Part shown: positions 52,885-64,000 of the stretch, piece by piece
Position numbering within the stretch: position 1 is the stretch's first letter
How the letters are laid out: each line of letters starts with the position of its first letter
DNA from: Marsupella aquatica
Lineage: Eukaryota > Plantae > Marchantiophyta
Assembly (NCBI GenBank): GCA_973895155.1
Contig: OZ316892.1
Location: 23,629,871-23,693,870, forward strand
Direction of reading: 5' to 3'
Length of the DNA stretch: 64,000 nt
Made by a program: the position numbers and the translations under genes
The notes under the pieces: model-generated
What the model was told of the DNA's origin: nothing
The model's database searches: none
What the model saw: only the letters and a program-made list of their open reading frames with translations

Positions 52885-53118
52885 CTATATATATTTAATC
52901 CTAGTTTACATGTACATTTCCGTTGATCCCATGCAAACTTAGAGAATCTATCAGTATACTTGTCATGCAAGTCCAGATGGCGCTAAATTTGTGCATGCAG
53001 GCAATGCTACATATATTTAATCCTAGTTTACATGTACATTTCCGTAGATCCCATGCAAATTTAGAGAATCTATCAGTATACTTGTCATGCAAGTCCAGAT
53101 GGCGCTAAATTTGTGAAT
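52885..53118. repeat. ~121-bp near-identical tandem duplication
   Basis: gcaatgcta..tatatttaatcctagtttacatgtacatttccgt.gatcccatgcaaa.ttagagaatctatcagtatacttgtcatgcaagtccagatggcgctaaatttgtg occurs twice. Confidence 0.95.
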
Positions 53119-53540
53119 GCAATCAGCTTGTGAGCACGATTGGATATATGGATAACAAAGCATTGGATGTACAAAATTGAATGTGGGAACCTTGCTGTCC
53201 AATTCCAAACACAAAAAGAAAAACGGAACAAAGGAGAAAAAAAAATGTTGGCTGCCGGTTCAAGAGAATCAACAAGAACGAGACAAAATAAGGAGTTATA
53301 TGCTAGATGGGACCTGCTAGAACAAATTAATGTGATAGGCCCGTATGAAACTTTTGTTACAAAGGCCCCCTCTGACACTTTTGTAATGTTCTTGTAAAGT
53401 TCCTTTAAGGAATTTTAGCTTAATATTATCACTAATAAGAGCTACTCTAAATTTTAGAGTCGAATCATGTTGAATGACAAACTACACCATTAGGGGAACC
53501 GTGGAGTAATGGCAGCCATCAGACAATCTGCAAGTTCTGA

Positions 53541-53645
53541 AGTGAAGACAATATGGTTCATGTCTTCAGGTTTGAATTTCTACAATACCATCTGAGTTCC
53601 TCAGTGAAGACAATATGATTCATGTCTTCAGGTTTGAGTTTCTAC
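53541..53645. repeat. ~63-bp tandem duplication
   Basis: agtgaagacaatatg(g/a)ttcatgtcttcaggtttga(a/g)tttctac occurs twice. Confidence 0.9.
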
Positions 53646-55505
53646 CGGACCATTGTAATTTTTTTGTAGCCTAGATTTTTTGTAGGGGCCTATCACGTCA
53701 ATTTTGTTTTTGTAAAGGCCCCATCAAGCATATACCTCGACAGAGTAAAACCTAAAAAGATAGAGCAGATAAGTTTAGGTTACATCCAGCATGCAAAGGA
53801 CAAGGATGTCATTATTAATTGAGGCCCTCATTCTTGGAGATCCTCAACATGATGGAATTGTGGATAGTAAGTGATTATGAATGAGAATGTCATGAGTTAA
53901 TAAGTGAGATGACCAGGCAATACAAAAGTGTGGGCAGTTGACAATTACATTTCAACTACACTCACGCATAGTAATGGTCATAGAAAAAGTGCACACTGAC
54001 ACCTTTAGGAGTGGCTTATGGTTATGAAAAAATGGTCATTCTAATGAAATGGTCAAGACTCAAGACTCTCCCTTCTAATGATATTTGAAAATTAAACAGA
54101 CCATGAGAAAATGAGAGTTAGTATATGTTTTGCCGTAAGGATCTTTTGTAAACAGACGATGAGAAAGAAAGATCATGCTTTCTTCTACATAGACATTTCA
54201 TAAACAAATTATGAGAAAAGAAAAAAGCAGGAGAGTGTTTAGACCCATGTTTAGACCCAGGAAGATCATTTGGCTCTTTGGTCTTCCAAGGGTTTTTCTC
54301 TAGTCTTTTATTGGGTCTCCTTCCTTTGGGATTCTCTCTGAGCCCATTAGAGCATCTCCGAGGTCATATTGTAGGGATGAATGAACCTTAGTAAAAAACA
54401 TAGACTGAGTATCATTTGGAGGCCTGGAAATTAGAAAAGCTCCCATCTTGGATTCATTCACCAGGTGTTCCCCACTTCTTTGACTCACCCCTATCCACTC
54501 CAAATTGAAGTGTTAACATATACACATTCAAAATCTCAAACATACCCAGGATCTTGTGACATGTGGTGAATCGCTTCTCTACCTACCATTACTATCAATG
54601 TGGCAGCCAAGGTTGTGAAAGAAGGGGCTGGCTGCCATCTACTTGTAGGTGAGGGCCACCACTGGGCTTTGGCTCTTGTGGTTTTGTAGTTCTTTCCCTT
54701 TTATTGGGCCTTCTTTCCTTTTAGAATCCTGTCTCCAGATAAGATTTGGTAAACCATGCCTCCAAAATCAGCCCTTATATGCTCCTTGTAGCTGTTAAAG
54801 GTTCATTTGACCCCACTTTGGAAATGCTCTTATTATGAGGCTTTTTCGTATTTGGCACACTTACTCAGCTTGACGGGGAGCTTGGCTAGTGAAAAAGATA
54901 TTTTTATGGACTATGGCCAGTCCTCTAGTCCCGCTTTACAGTGATTTGTGTTCAGGTCGGACCTGGAACGTGGCAGTGTGGGTTTGGCCCAGACCCAGGA
55001 ACGGTCTCCACGTGCCATCCAAGGAGAGGCAACGAAATACAACCATGCAGCCTCAGCGTTGGAAGGTGCTGAATTGCTGACCCCATATAGCGTCATATAA
55101 AACCGAACACGAGTGCAAGCCTACATAACCACGTGCAGCTTATGATTATTGTATTAGCTCAGAGTCTGCGCACTTTGCTGCTGAAGAACGGGAAAAATCG
55201 TTCCGGCTCGAAGTGAGAATTCGAAACATAGCCATCTACTTCCCAAGCTAGGTACCTTCAACAATCAATGACCTCGTGGGGTATGTCATTGTGCACCCCA
55301 GTGTATAAATTTGTCCAGTGGGGGAGAGGAAGCGCACTCTTACAGTAGATTGGGAGTTGGAAGTGAGGACTTTCAATTATTTTTGGCTTTGAGCGAGCCC
55401 ATCCTCGCTCGATCAGATTTGCAGCAGCAGGTGGCTAGCTCCAGAGGGTCACGGCCCGCTCTGAATCTGAAAGCTGAGGCAGCTCCAACGAAACCGTTTC
55501 TTCCC

Positions 55506-58105
55506 ATGACGAAAGGGGCTGCGCAAAATGGAGAAGCGAAAGCGAACGGGGAGAACATGGCAGTGTGGCTCACATCGAAGGAGAAGCTGGAAATGAGGCC
55601 CTTTAAGCTCCCTGAAAAGCTTGGTCCGTTTTCCATCCTTTCCTGTCGACTGACTTGTTACACAATCATGCACATCTGTCTTAGCCACCTATCTCGAAGC
55701 TTCGACAGTTCCAGTCCCAAAGATTTCCTTCATCTTTGATCCTCGAAACTTAAAGAGGGATGCATCATTTAGTGAGAGCTTAATTGGATGTATATCACTA
55801 GCCAGGCTGACTCCTACTCCGTGGAGGGAGCGAAGTAGAAGCCTGGATATGAATGTACCAGCCTCGGCTATTTGTATACATTTGTGCTTCTCGAATGCAA
55901 TTGACATCTTGTCCTTGCTAATTGCTGACGGTTTTGTTCAAATTCACTGCGTTTGGATCAGGGCCTAAAGAAGTTAAAATTCGCATGAAAGCCGTGGGCA
56001 TCTGTGGAAGTGACACCTCGTACGTGAAGGTAAGTCATAGACGTCATACATATTGACAAGACACAATCTTACTGACTCGGGCTGATCACCGGCAAATGAG
56101 GAATGGCATCGCAGAATTCGGCGATTTTAAGACGTATAGATGATTTGGATCTTGTAGAGACTATTCTGTCATTTCTGATTTTGATGGTGGAGGATTGTTT
56201 GAGCTTCCAGACTAGCTGAGACAGTTCCGTAATTTTTACTCGCTTTAGCCAGATTTAGCCAGATTGGTTTGTGAATCATGAGTATCATTACTTTACTACT
56301 AACTGACTGAGGGTTTGCTCATCGCATTCTCAAAGTAAGGCGGTCATGAAGGGAGAACTTTTGTAAAATAATTCTGTTGTGCGTTGAGATCGTCACTATA
56401 TATCTGGTGACGTACAAGAATCTCAATCAACACTTATTTGAGACATTTCAGCTCATCCAACGATACTTCATAATATCTGTATATGTGAATTGCTGTTGCA
56501 TGCAGACAATGTGCTGTGGGGACTATGAAGTGAAGGAGCCAATGGTCATGGGACATGAATGTGCCGGGGAAATATCAGCGGTTGGAAGCGAGGTGAACCA
56601 CTTGGCTGTAGGTGATCGGGTGGCCTTAGAGCCGGGTATTTCATGTGGCATATGCAGCTATTGCAAGACTGGTTTCTACAACTTATGTCCTGATATGAAA
56701 TTCTTTGCCACTCCACCTATCGATGGATGCCTCGCTGAACAGGTTCGTGCCATTCACTCACATACTAGCCTCTGAAAGGTCGACAATATGGCAATGGCAT
56801 CTGGATGAAAGACTCGAATCGATGGGATAAAATCGCACGATACTTTCGAATTGTTTCATTTGAATTTCCCTGTTATGAGGTGTGATTCGAATTCCCTGTC
56901 AGTAATGGACTTCGTGGACTTGCGGCCATGCAGATTATACATCCTGCAGACATGTGTTTCAAGCTGCCTGACAACCTGACGTTGGAGGAGGGTGCAATGT
57001 GCGAGCCCCTCAGCGTTGGGGTGCATGCTTGTCGCCGAACTTATATTGGACCAGATACTAAGGTCCTGGTTATTGGTGGTGGCCCTATTGGGTTGATCAG
57101 TGTGCTTTGCGCTAAGGCCTTCGGATCCCCACGCGTTGTCATTGCCGATGTTGGAGAGCAGAAACTGGCTATGGCTAAGAAACTTGGGGCGGATGTTACC
57201 GTCCTTGTTTCGAGAGACGAGAAGGTCCCAGCTTGCACTTGCACTACATTTGAGCTACTGGCATGGATACAACGTCTTGAAAGAACTTAAATATTCAAAA
57301 TATTTTTTAGTGTCATTGTTGTAAGTTTTTTAGGCCTGTCACTGTTAAGTTTGTGGAGATGAACAAGCCCCAGTTGCTCTTGATATGACAATTTCATCCG
57401 GAAAGGTGAACTCCTTCTGGAGCAGATGCTTTTGTATGGTGAACAATTGAAGCAAGCAAAGGATCAGACAATCTGATTTTACTTTTGGGCGTTTGAGCAG
57501 GACATTGATAGAGAAGTGAAGGAATGTGAGGAAGCCATGGGCGGTCCTATAGATGTTACGCTCGACTGCGTGGGTTTGGAGAAAAGCATGGCAACAGCAA
57601 TGAAAGCTACCAGACCTGGTGGAAAGCTTTGCATGGTCGGCATGCGTGGTACCACCATGAATCTACCCATAGCAGCGGCGGCTGCCCGGTGAGTGAAGTT
57701 GTCCTAAAGTATGTAATACATATAGACAATTCTGTGCAGAGTACGATGGAGTGGAAGGAAGGTGATCACTTGAATTCTGCAAAGTCGAGAAAGGATTGTA
57801 GTGCAAATAACTTCTGCTCCTTCATTCACTACTCTTGTACATGTTGCTTCAGCAAAAATAGTAAGGGTCTTTCAATTTGTACTGATTTGAAAATTTTGTT
57901 CGAATGTTGCAGGGAAATTGATATTTTGGGGGGATTCAGATACAGAAATAGCTATCCATTGTGCCTGGAGTTGCTTTCGACTCGTAAAGTAGACGTGCGT
58001 CCTCTGATCACACACCGCTACGGATTTACACTAGACGAGGTAGTCGAGGCTTTTCACAAGGGGGCCAAAGACAAGAGTGCGGTGAAGGTCATGTTCAACC
58101 TGTAG
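55506..58105 (+). CDS. SDH: NAD-dependent sorbitol dehydrogenase (zinc MDR family), 6 exons
   Basis: Exons 55506-55623, 55962-56029, 56506-56742, 56934-57224, 57501-57688, 57913-58105. Motifs ENMAVWL, GICGSD, GHECAG, structural Zn C-C-C-C, FFATPP, EEGAMCEPLSVGVHAC, GGGPIG, FRY, AVKVMFNL. Confidence 0.95.
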
Positions 58106-58503
58106 AATAGTTAAATTTTGCCCCAACTCATAAAGTAAGAGCAGTAGAATCCATGCCTGACTCAGAATAGCACTTCGCATAAGTCAGGGTGAACCTCATG
58201 TCTAACCTCTAGAGTAGTTATTGTTGATTGAGCCTCATAAGTTGAAAGTGAAAAAATCACCTTCAAGCTCTCAGATAGTTAAATCTTGCTTCAGGCCAGT
58301 GAAGAGGATGGTACATTTCTCAAACATCGCTAGACGGTGTTTAGAGTATTCTCACAAGCTTGGCAAAGAAGGGAAGTCAAGGCGATATTGAACCTACCAA
58401 ATAGCTAAAATCAGCAGCGAAGTCAGTTGGCTTCAAGATATTGCCAGCGCAATTGTACTTGTACACATTTGTAGTGTACTTATAAGCAACAAGTTGCGCA
58501 TTG

Positions 58504-58955
58504 AAGTTTGCTCCAATCACCGTGAGCTGTTACGAAGAGTATATACTTCCTGGACAATTTGTCAACGTCAAGCACGCTGAAAGACGTCCAGCACGTTGAG
58601 TAAAAAGGGCTTGAATCTACATAATAGTTCAATCAGCAGGGAACTTAGCTGTAAAAGAAATTGTTGGAGCAATGCTACTAATACACATTTGCAAGCAACT
58701 GTAGCAGTCCACATTAGCAAAAATACTTATCATCAACAAAGCGGAATCCCCAAAAGTGCCAGACCAATGCTACTAGTAAAAGTTACCGAGCAATTGTAAA
58801 AATATGTATAAAAATTGCAGATTAAAGTTTGCTCCAGTTACAGAGAGCTTTCACGAAAAGTAGACAGCTTCTAGACATATTCTAAAACGGTGAAGAATAT
58901 CGTTCCCACTCCAGTTACCGTGAGCTTTACAAAAAGCAGTCAGCTTCTGGAAAGA
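58504..58955. repeat. Three dispersed ~50-bp copies between convergent genes
   Basis: ctcca(a/g)t(c/t)ac(c/a)g(t/a)gagct..acgaa/acaaa...cttc at ~58510, ~58831 and ~58909. Confidence 0.7.
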
Positions 58956-59549
58956 TTCGCAAGAGGTAAGACGGTAAAAGATACTGTTCGCCCACCAAAT
59001 TATTCGATGGTTTCCAATCTTCTCTTGATTTTTCCGGCTGCAAGACGAAGATGGACAGAAATTCTTCGTCCACCAATTCATTCAGTGGCTTTCCAATCAG
59101 AACTCGTCAATTATCCCATAGTAGTGGCAGGAGGATGGACAGACCAGTGGACAGATTGTTCGCCTATCTTCCTGCTACGGCTGTCGAAAAAGAACATAGC
59201 AGGAATATCAAATAGCTTATGAATAAAATAAGGCATCTGAATCAGTTTTCTAAGAAAAAAACTTAAGTAATACACCATTCATCGAATCCAACTGCTTTCC
59301 TTTCATCTGTATCTGACTGCAAAGCATGGCGAAAGCAGACACATTCTGATCCGTTTGGAACACACTAAGATACTCGCTGAAATTGTAACACTCCACTAAA
59401 ATACGACCACAATTCAATTCTGCTAATGGTAATTAGAGCTATGTATCTCCATGACGTCTCGACAGTGTGGAAACAAATAATGTGGAAAGAGATGAACAAC
59501 AAAAATTGATGTATAGAATTTGCTACAGCGAGCTGACGTTGCTAGGAAA

Positions 59550-62500
59550 TCAATCTGTCAGCAATAGACCTAAAGCCTCCTCAACAACTCTTTTCGTTTC
59601 AGCACCACCCAAGTTTTGGTACGTTTGTAGCATTTGAACTCTCCCTTCCCTGTCAAAATGAGATCCTAAACCCCTAGCCACCATTTCCATTTCCGCCTGC
59701 AATATCAAATGGGCGCCATTGCATCAAAACCTCCTGTAGAAAGTTTCTTGATCTATTATTTTCAATAATTCATTCAGGACAGCACTAAGTCACACTAACC
59801 GTTACTCGTTCTCAACTTACTGAAAATCTATTGTAATGGTGCTTTAATGAACCTAATGACGAAAGTACAATGCTTACAACAATCTTGGAACTGTTTGGGT
59901 CACTTCCAGTAAAGAACGATGCTACCTTCCGCGTGCCTAGAACACCATCAATGGCTCTTCCCTCACTACCATGGAAGTGAAAAAGAAACGTACAGAATCA
60001 GAGTCTGGTGGAAAACAAGAATGCAGCCGTATAAGCTTCAATAGCTCTTCTTCAGATTCAGTGGTCTTCGATTGCATTTGAAGAGCCTGTACAACAGGAT
60101 AGAACACTTAGCAACAGGCACTGCGAATTGGACGAGGTACCGCAAAATCTCAGTGCAGTTGAATATTATTACAGATGTTGAGCGACCAAATATTCAACCA
60201 ACAACTATAACACAGCCTGCTAGATGGGAAAAGAAGGAGCCTCAAGGACAGAGTTTGAGATTAGCGGCTATCATCTAGCTGGATCAAGTTTAGGGTTCAA
60301 AAACATAACACATGAAAGGAGGATTCCCTACCCTAGCTTGTAGTAAACCAGCACGAGTTCGGGCTGCTACTGCTGCATTCACAATGGTTGCTGCACGGTC
60401 ACTCTCTAGACCGATGTTCGCTGCTAGACCAGCGATGAATCTTACGCCACCTTCACTTCCAAAATCTGCCATTGACCATTTACCTGCTCTGCAGTACAGC
60501 AGTAAATTTGAAGTAAAGTCCTCTAAGGAACAATAGTTTTAACGTCATCAGAGCACACGGAAAATTCCGCTGTAAATACTCCTCATACCTATTACCTTCT
60601 TCGAAAATAGTGACACTCCTTACTTATATCTCTCTAAGATTATGAATTATGTGCGTGTGCTAGACATGACAAAAAAAAACTATACTTGCAATCTTTCGAT
60701 TACGGAAGGCTTCCTGTTGTGTTCCTTCTTGCTCAACGAATAAAAAGAGCTCACAGTGGCACATCCTCAAGCCTCGTGTTCATGCAATGATGACAAATTG
60801 GGCACACCTTTGGCAAGCAGAAAGGACAGTGTTGACAGCTGCTCGATAAAAAGAATCACGTGTATTGTAAGTGTCAAACTTCACCGCGGTACCAGCTAGC
60901 TTACATAGTTGCCGTAGCTGGCCCCGCCCACAAAAACCAAGCTAATGAGAAACTATGGTAAAAAGCTGAAATCCAAGTCACGTGCTAAGCAGCAATATCT
61001 GAAAATTGTTTTAAAAAGCAAGACACGCTAAGAGATTCACATGTAACAGACATCCCGCAATTGTGCCTTGACTCAGTTTCAAGTAAATCACATCATTCGC
61101 AAGAGTAAATGACAGCTATCCAGTTTCTATATTAGGTCAATTGACCAGCAACTGTTTCATGCATCGATAATGTTGACAGGAAACTGCACTTGAATTACTA
61201 CATTGTACTCAGAGGAAATCAAAATATGGCAAGATAGAAAAGGGCTCAAACGAAGAAAACATTCAAAGCAAAGGAGAGATCCGAGAAAAGGACACCTAGT
61301 AGTGGAAAAGGCAAACCTGCAGTATGTCGTCAGCCGAAAAATCAGACCCTCCTAGACGTTTTTGCATTATCCCTACAATTTTTGTGAATGAATGAGACAG
61401 AGTTATCGAACTGGTCCACAATCAACGAATTTCACTTGCAAAAACGATGATAATTCTTATAGCCTGACAGTAACTAATCGAAATTTTATTTAAAACGCAC
61501 AATGCTGTATAAGCGCCTCAATATGCTTGACAGTGGGCATATCTGAGAAACAAAAGAATCTGATAGAAATTGGGGTAAAGCCATTGATTTACTTCCAAAC
61601 CACAGTAGTTTCAACCACTGAGCAATGACAATCCTTTTCAAATTTGATGGTTAGCAACTCTCAAGAGCCAGAGTTAATCATCAACACGAGTGACTGGTAA
61701 CCATGTGGGAGTGTAACGACCCACCATGCACAAGCCTAGAAGCTTCTTCTTCGGCCCTCTGGCGGGTGCTAAGTGGGGTGGAGGGAGGTAAGTCCGGCTC
61801 AGGCCACCATCCAGGCAAACGAGGGGCCTTTTTGGCAGACCGCAAGCTCTGTCCTCGAGCTTTAGCAATCTTCTGCAGCTCCTTCTCAGACCGAGAATCG
61901 TCCACAGGAATGTCTAACGGTCCTCTGGCTGTTCGAGGGACATTCACAGCCTTTTTGACTGGACCACCTTCCCACAACCTCACCCCTTTGTTCAATTTCA
62001 CCTCCTTTCCCGCAAGACTCCTGTCCCTCACCACTCTGGACCTCATTCCTTCTTCCCACCCCCATCGGTACTCTCTCATAGCACGCAAGAGCAGCTTTGC
62101 AAAAACCACCAGGAGTATAGATCCCACCAATGCTTTTCCAGCAAATTCAAGGGAAGAACGTTTGATGGATATAACCACATGTTTATCCCTCTGCACTCTC
62201 ACACTAGAGCGCAATTCTCTCCAGGCCTCGCTGCCTTCTAGAGCTACATCTTTGGCGAATCTTGAAAAATTGTCAATTGATCGCTCTGCTGCTCTCGTTA
62301 CGCCCACCACAGAACGTTCTGCAGCTTTCTGGCAAATTACCACAGCATCCGCTGCTCTATGCTTGAATTCTTCCATATCCAGAGTTATAACCACTTTTTC
62401 CTCACTACCGTCCCTCCGGTTATTCTGGAATTGTACTTTTGCTGGTCCTTGTTGGGGCTTCTCCTTGGATTTCATGTAAGAATCAAAATCATCCCGTCTC

Positions 62501-62757
62501 CTATGGTGACGCCGGCCCACAGCACCTCTAATCCTGGAAAGCTGGAACGAATCGACTGGCTTTCTAAACTCCTGACTGCCTGATGGGGTTATCCATTCCA
62601 CCAGAATCGAACTTCGGAATATTGGGAGGGTGGAACGCATCCTGTAGCTTGTCGAGCCACTTCTGGTACTACAGCTGCAGGCAGAGACCGAACACTGTCT
62701 TGATGCTTGGCTCCTTGGAGTGGCAGAAATGGCCAGAGGATTGGACACGATCGCCAT
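59550..62757 (-). CDS. Conserved uncharacterised plastid-targeted membrane protein (resembles, from memory, the Arabidopsis At2g43235 family), multi-exon
   Basis: Ser/Arg-rich transit-like N-terminus MAIVSNP..., one TM segment, VVRDRSLAGKEV, LPGWWP. Later exons encode IMQKRLGGSDFSADDILQ, RDSFYRAAVNTV, FIAGLAANIGLE...AAVAARTR and AEMEMVARGL...ALGLLLTD*. Small internal exon boundaries are approximate. Confidence 0.8.
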
Positions 62758-63522
62758 TTTCCAAAACCTCGAATCAACTCGACGCAGGACATGAATCACC
62801 TACCACCTTGAGACATTATGCCGCCCAGCGGGTTCATAGTTTCAATCAGAGAGATGATTTCAGGTCACTACTTAATGTGACAAGTTCGTTGGCTGTGAAA
62901 CTTGAAGCCTTTCATAGGTGTTGATTTGGACTGGTCGAGCCGCAGAGACAATCATCTCTGCAATTGGACCGCCAATTAATCCGCTGCCCCATCATATCAT
63001 CCGAACACGCTGCTCTTCATCGTTCAAATCCTCAGGCGAAGATCGAAAACCCACTTCAGAAATGATTGCTGCTAGTCGCATTGATATTTCGGATTGCTCT
63101 CAATCCGAACACCTTAACAAGTAGTACAAAGATAGAAGAAAAGCCCTATTAGCGAACCAGGTGACTGCTTCTATGGAGGGGGAAGGCCTCACAAACATAG
63201 CGGTAACCTCAATTTGTTGGGCAAAACCCTCCCAAAAAAGTGAGATTATATCAACCAGAAATCTCCAAAATGCAAAATTCTTGTTCAAAACTTTGGGTAA
63301 ATTTCCCACACGGTCAATTGAAACTGACGCACACTGATCCGAAAGCATGGCGAAAGTTGGAGAGGGTTGAGAACATGAGTAAGGGCTCTTACAGCATCAC
63401 CGTCTGGACGGAGTGGGAATTCCAAGCAGCTCAGAAACGACGACCAAAGTCCACAGTCAGAGCTTGCCAATTTGGTGCCGTCCTGAAACTGGGTTCTGGA
63501 TTCCAATCGTCAGTACTGTCGA

Positions 63523-63718
63523 CAAAACCTGAAGATTCACGAAGCATAGTGGTCTCGGCCACTGTGGTCACGTTAATCGTTAGTGGAGAAACACAAAGCA
63601 ACGTTTCTTCGTCTTCAGTTGCGGATTTCTTACAAAACCTCAAGATTCACGAAGACCACAGTGGTCACGTTAATCAATGGTGGAGAAACACAAAGTAACG
63701 TTTCTTCGTCTTCAGTTA
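63523..63718. repeat. ~100-110-bp direct duplication
   Basis: aaaacct.aagattcacgaag...gtggtcacgttaatc...gtggagaaacacaaag.aacgtttcttcgtcttcagtt occurs twice. Confidence 0.9.
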
Positions 63719-64000
63719 TGGATAGAGTAGTCTTGGAGTATCTTTTTGTTTCAGGCTCTTGCCCTCACAGTACATGAAGTGGTGCAGTCAATGTGCTGGA
63801 GTGCATGTCATCGTCTACCCACATTCGTTTTCTAAATAATACAGAAGACTGATAAAGAACATGCATCAACTTGGGGATAGAGAAAAATACACCACTCAGC
63901 GATTGACATTCCCAAGGAGACACCTACCCATCTATTGGAGTAGGATAAACAGTCCAAACAGCTGAGAAAAAACAACTGAAGCGATGAATGGAGAAAATAC

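Noticed and set aside
61703-62479. 258-aa plus-strand ORF
   Set aside because: Antisense to exon 1 of the minus-strand plastid protein gene.

Overview
Eukaryotic land-plant genomic DNA, most consistent with a bryophyte/liverwort (an inference from spliced genes, moderate GC and divergent plant-type proteins). Genes identified: the 3' end of an SRC2-like Gly-rich gene, LPAT2 (11 exons, - strand), SEC24 (13 exons, one U12-type intron), CXIP4 zinc-knuckle, aminoacylase-1 (signal peptide, C-terminal HEEL), an intronless F-box gene, sorbitol dehydrogenase, and a conserved uncharacterised plastid-type protein. The intergenic blocks are rich in repeats and TE debris. The main finding is a structurally complete 3.55-kb PIF/Harbinger transposon (13-bp TIRs, TTA TSD, intact DDE transposase and convergent Myb/SANT-like ORF). 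Next to it are a decayed relative interrupted by a nested insert with an 8-bp TSD and an orphan Harbinger-type end. A phase-consistent orphan multi-exon gene or pseudogene lies at about 25.1-28.1 kb. No prokaryote-type systems (CRISPR etc.) were seen.
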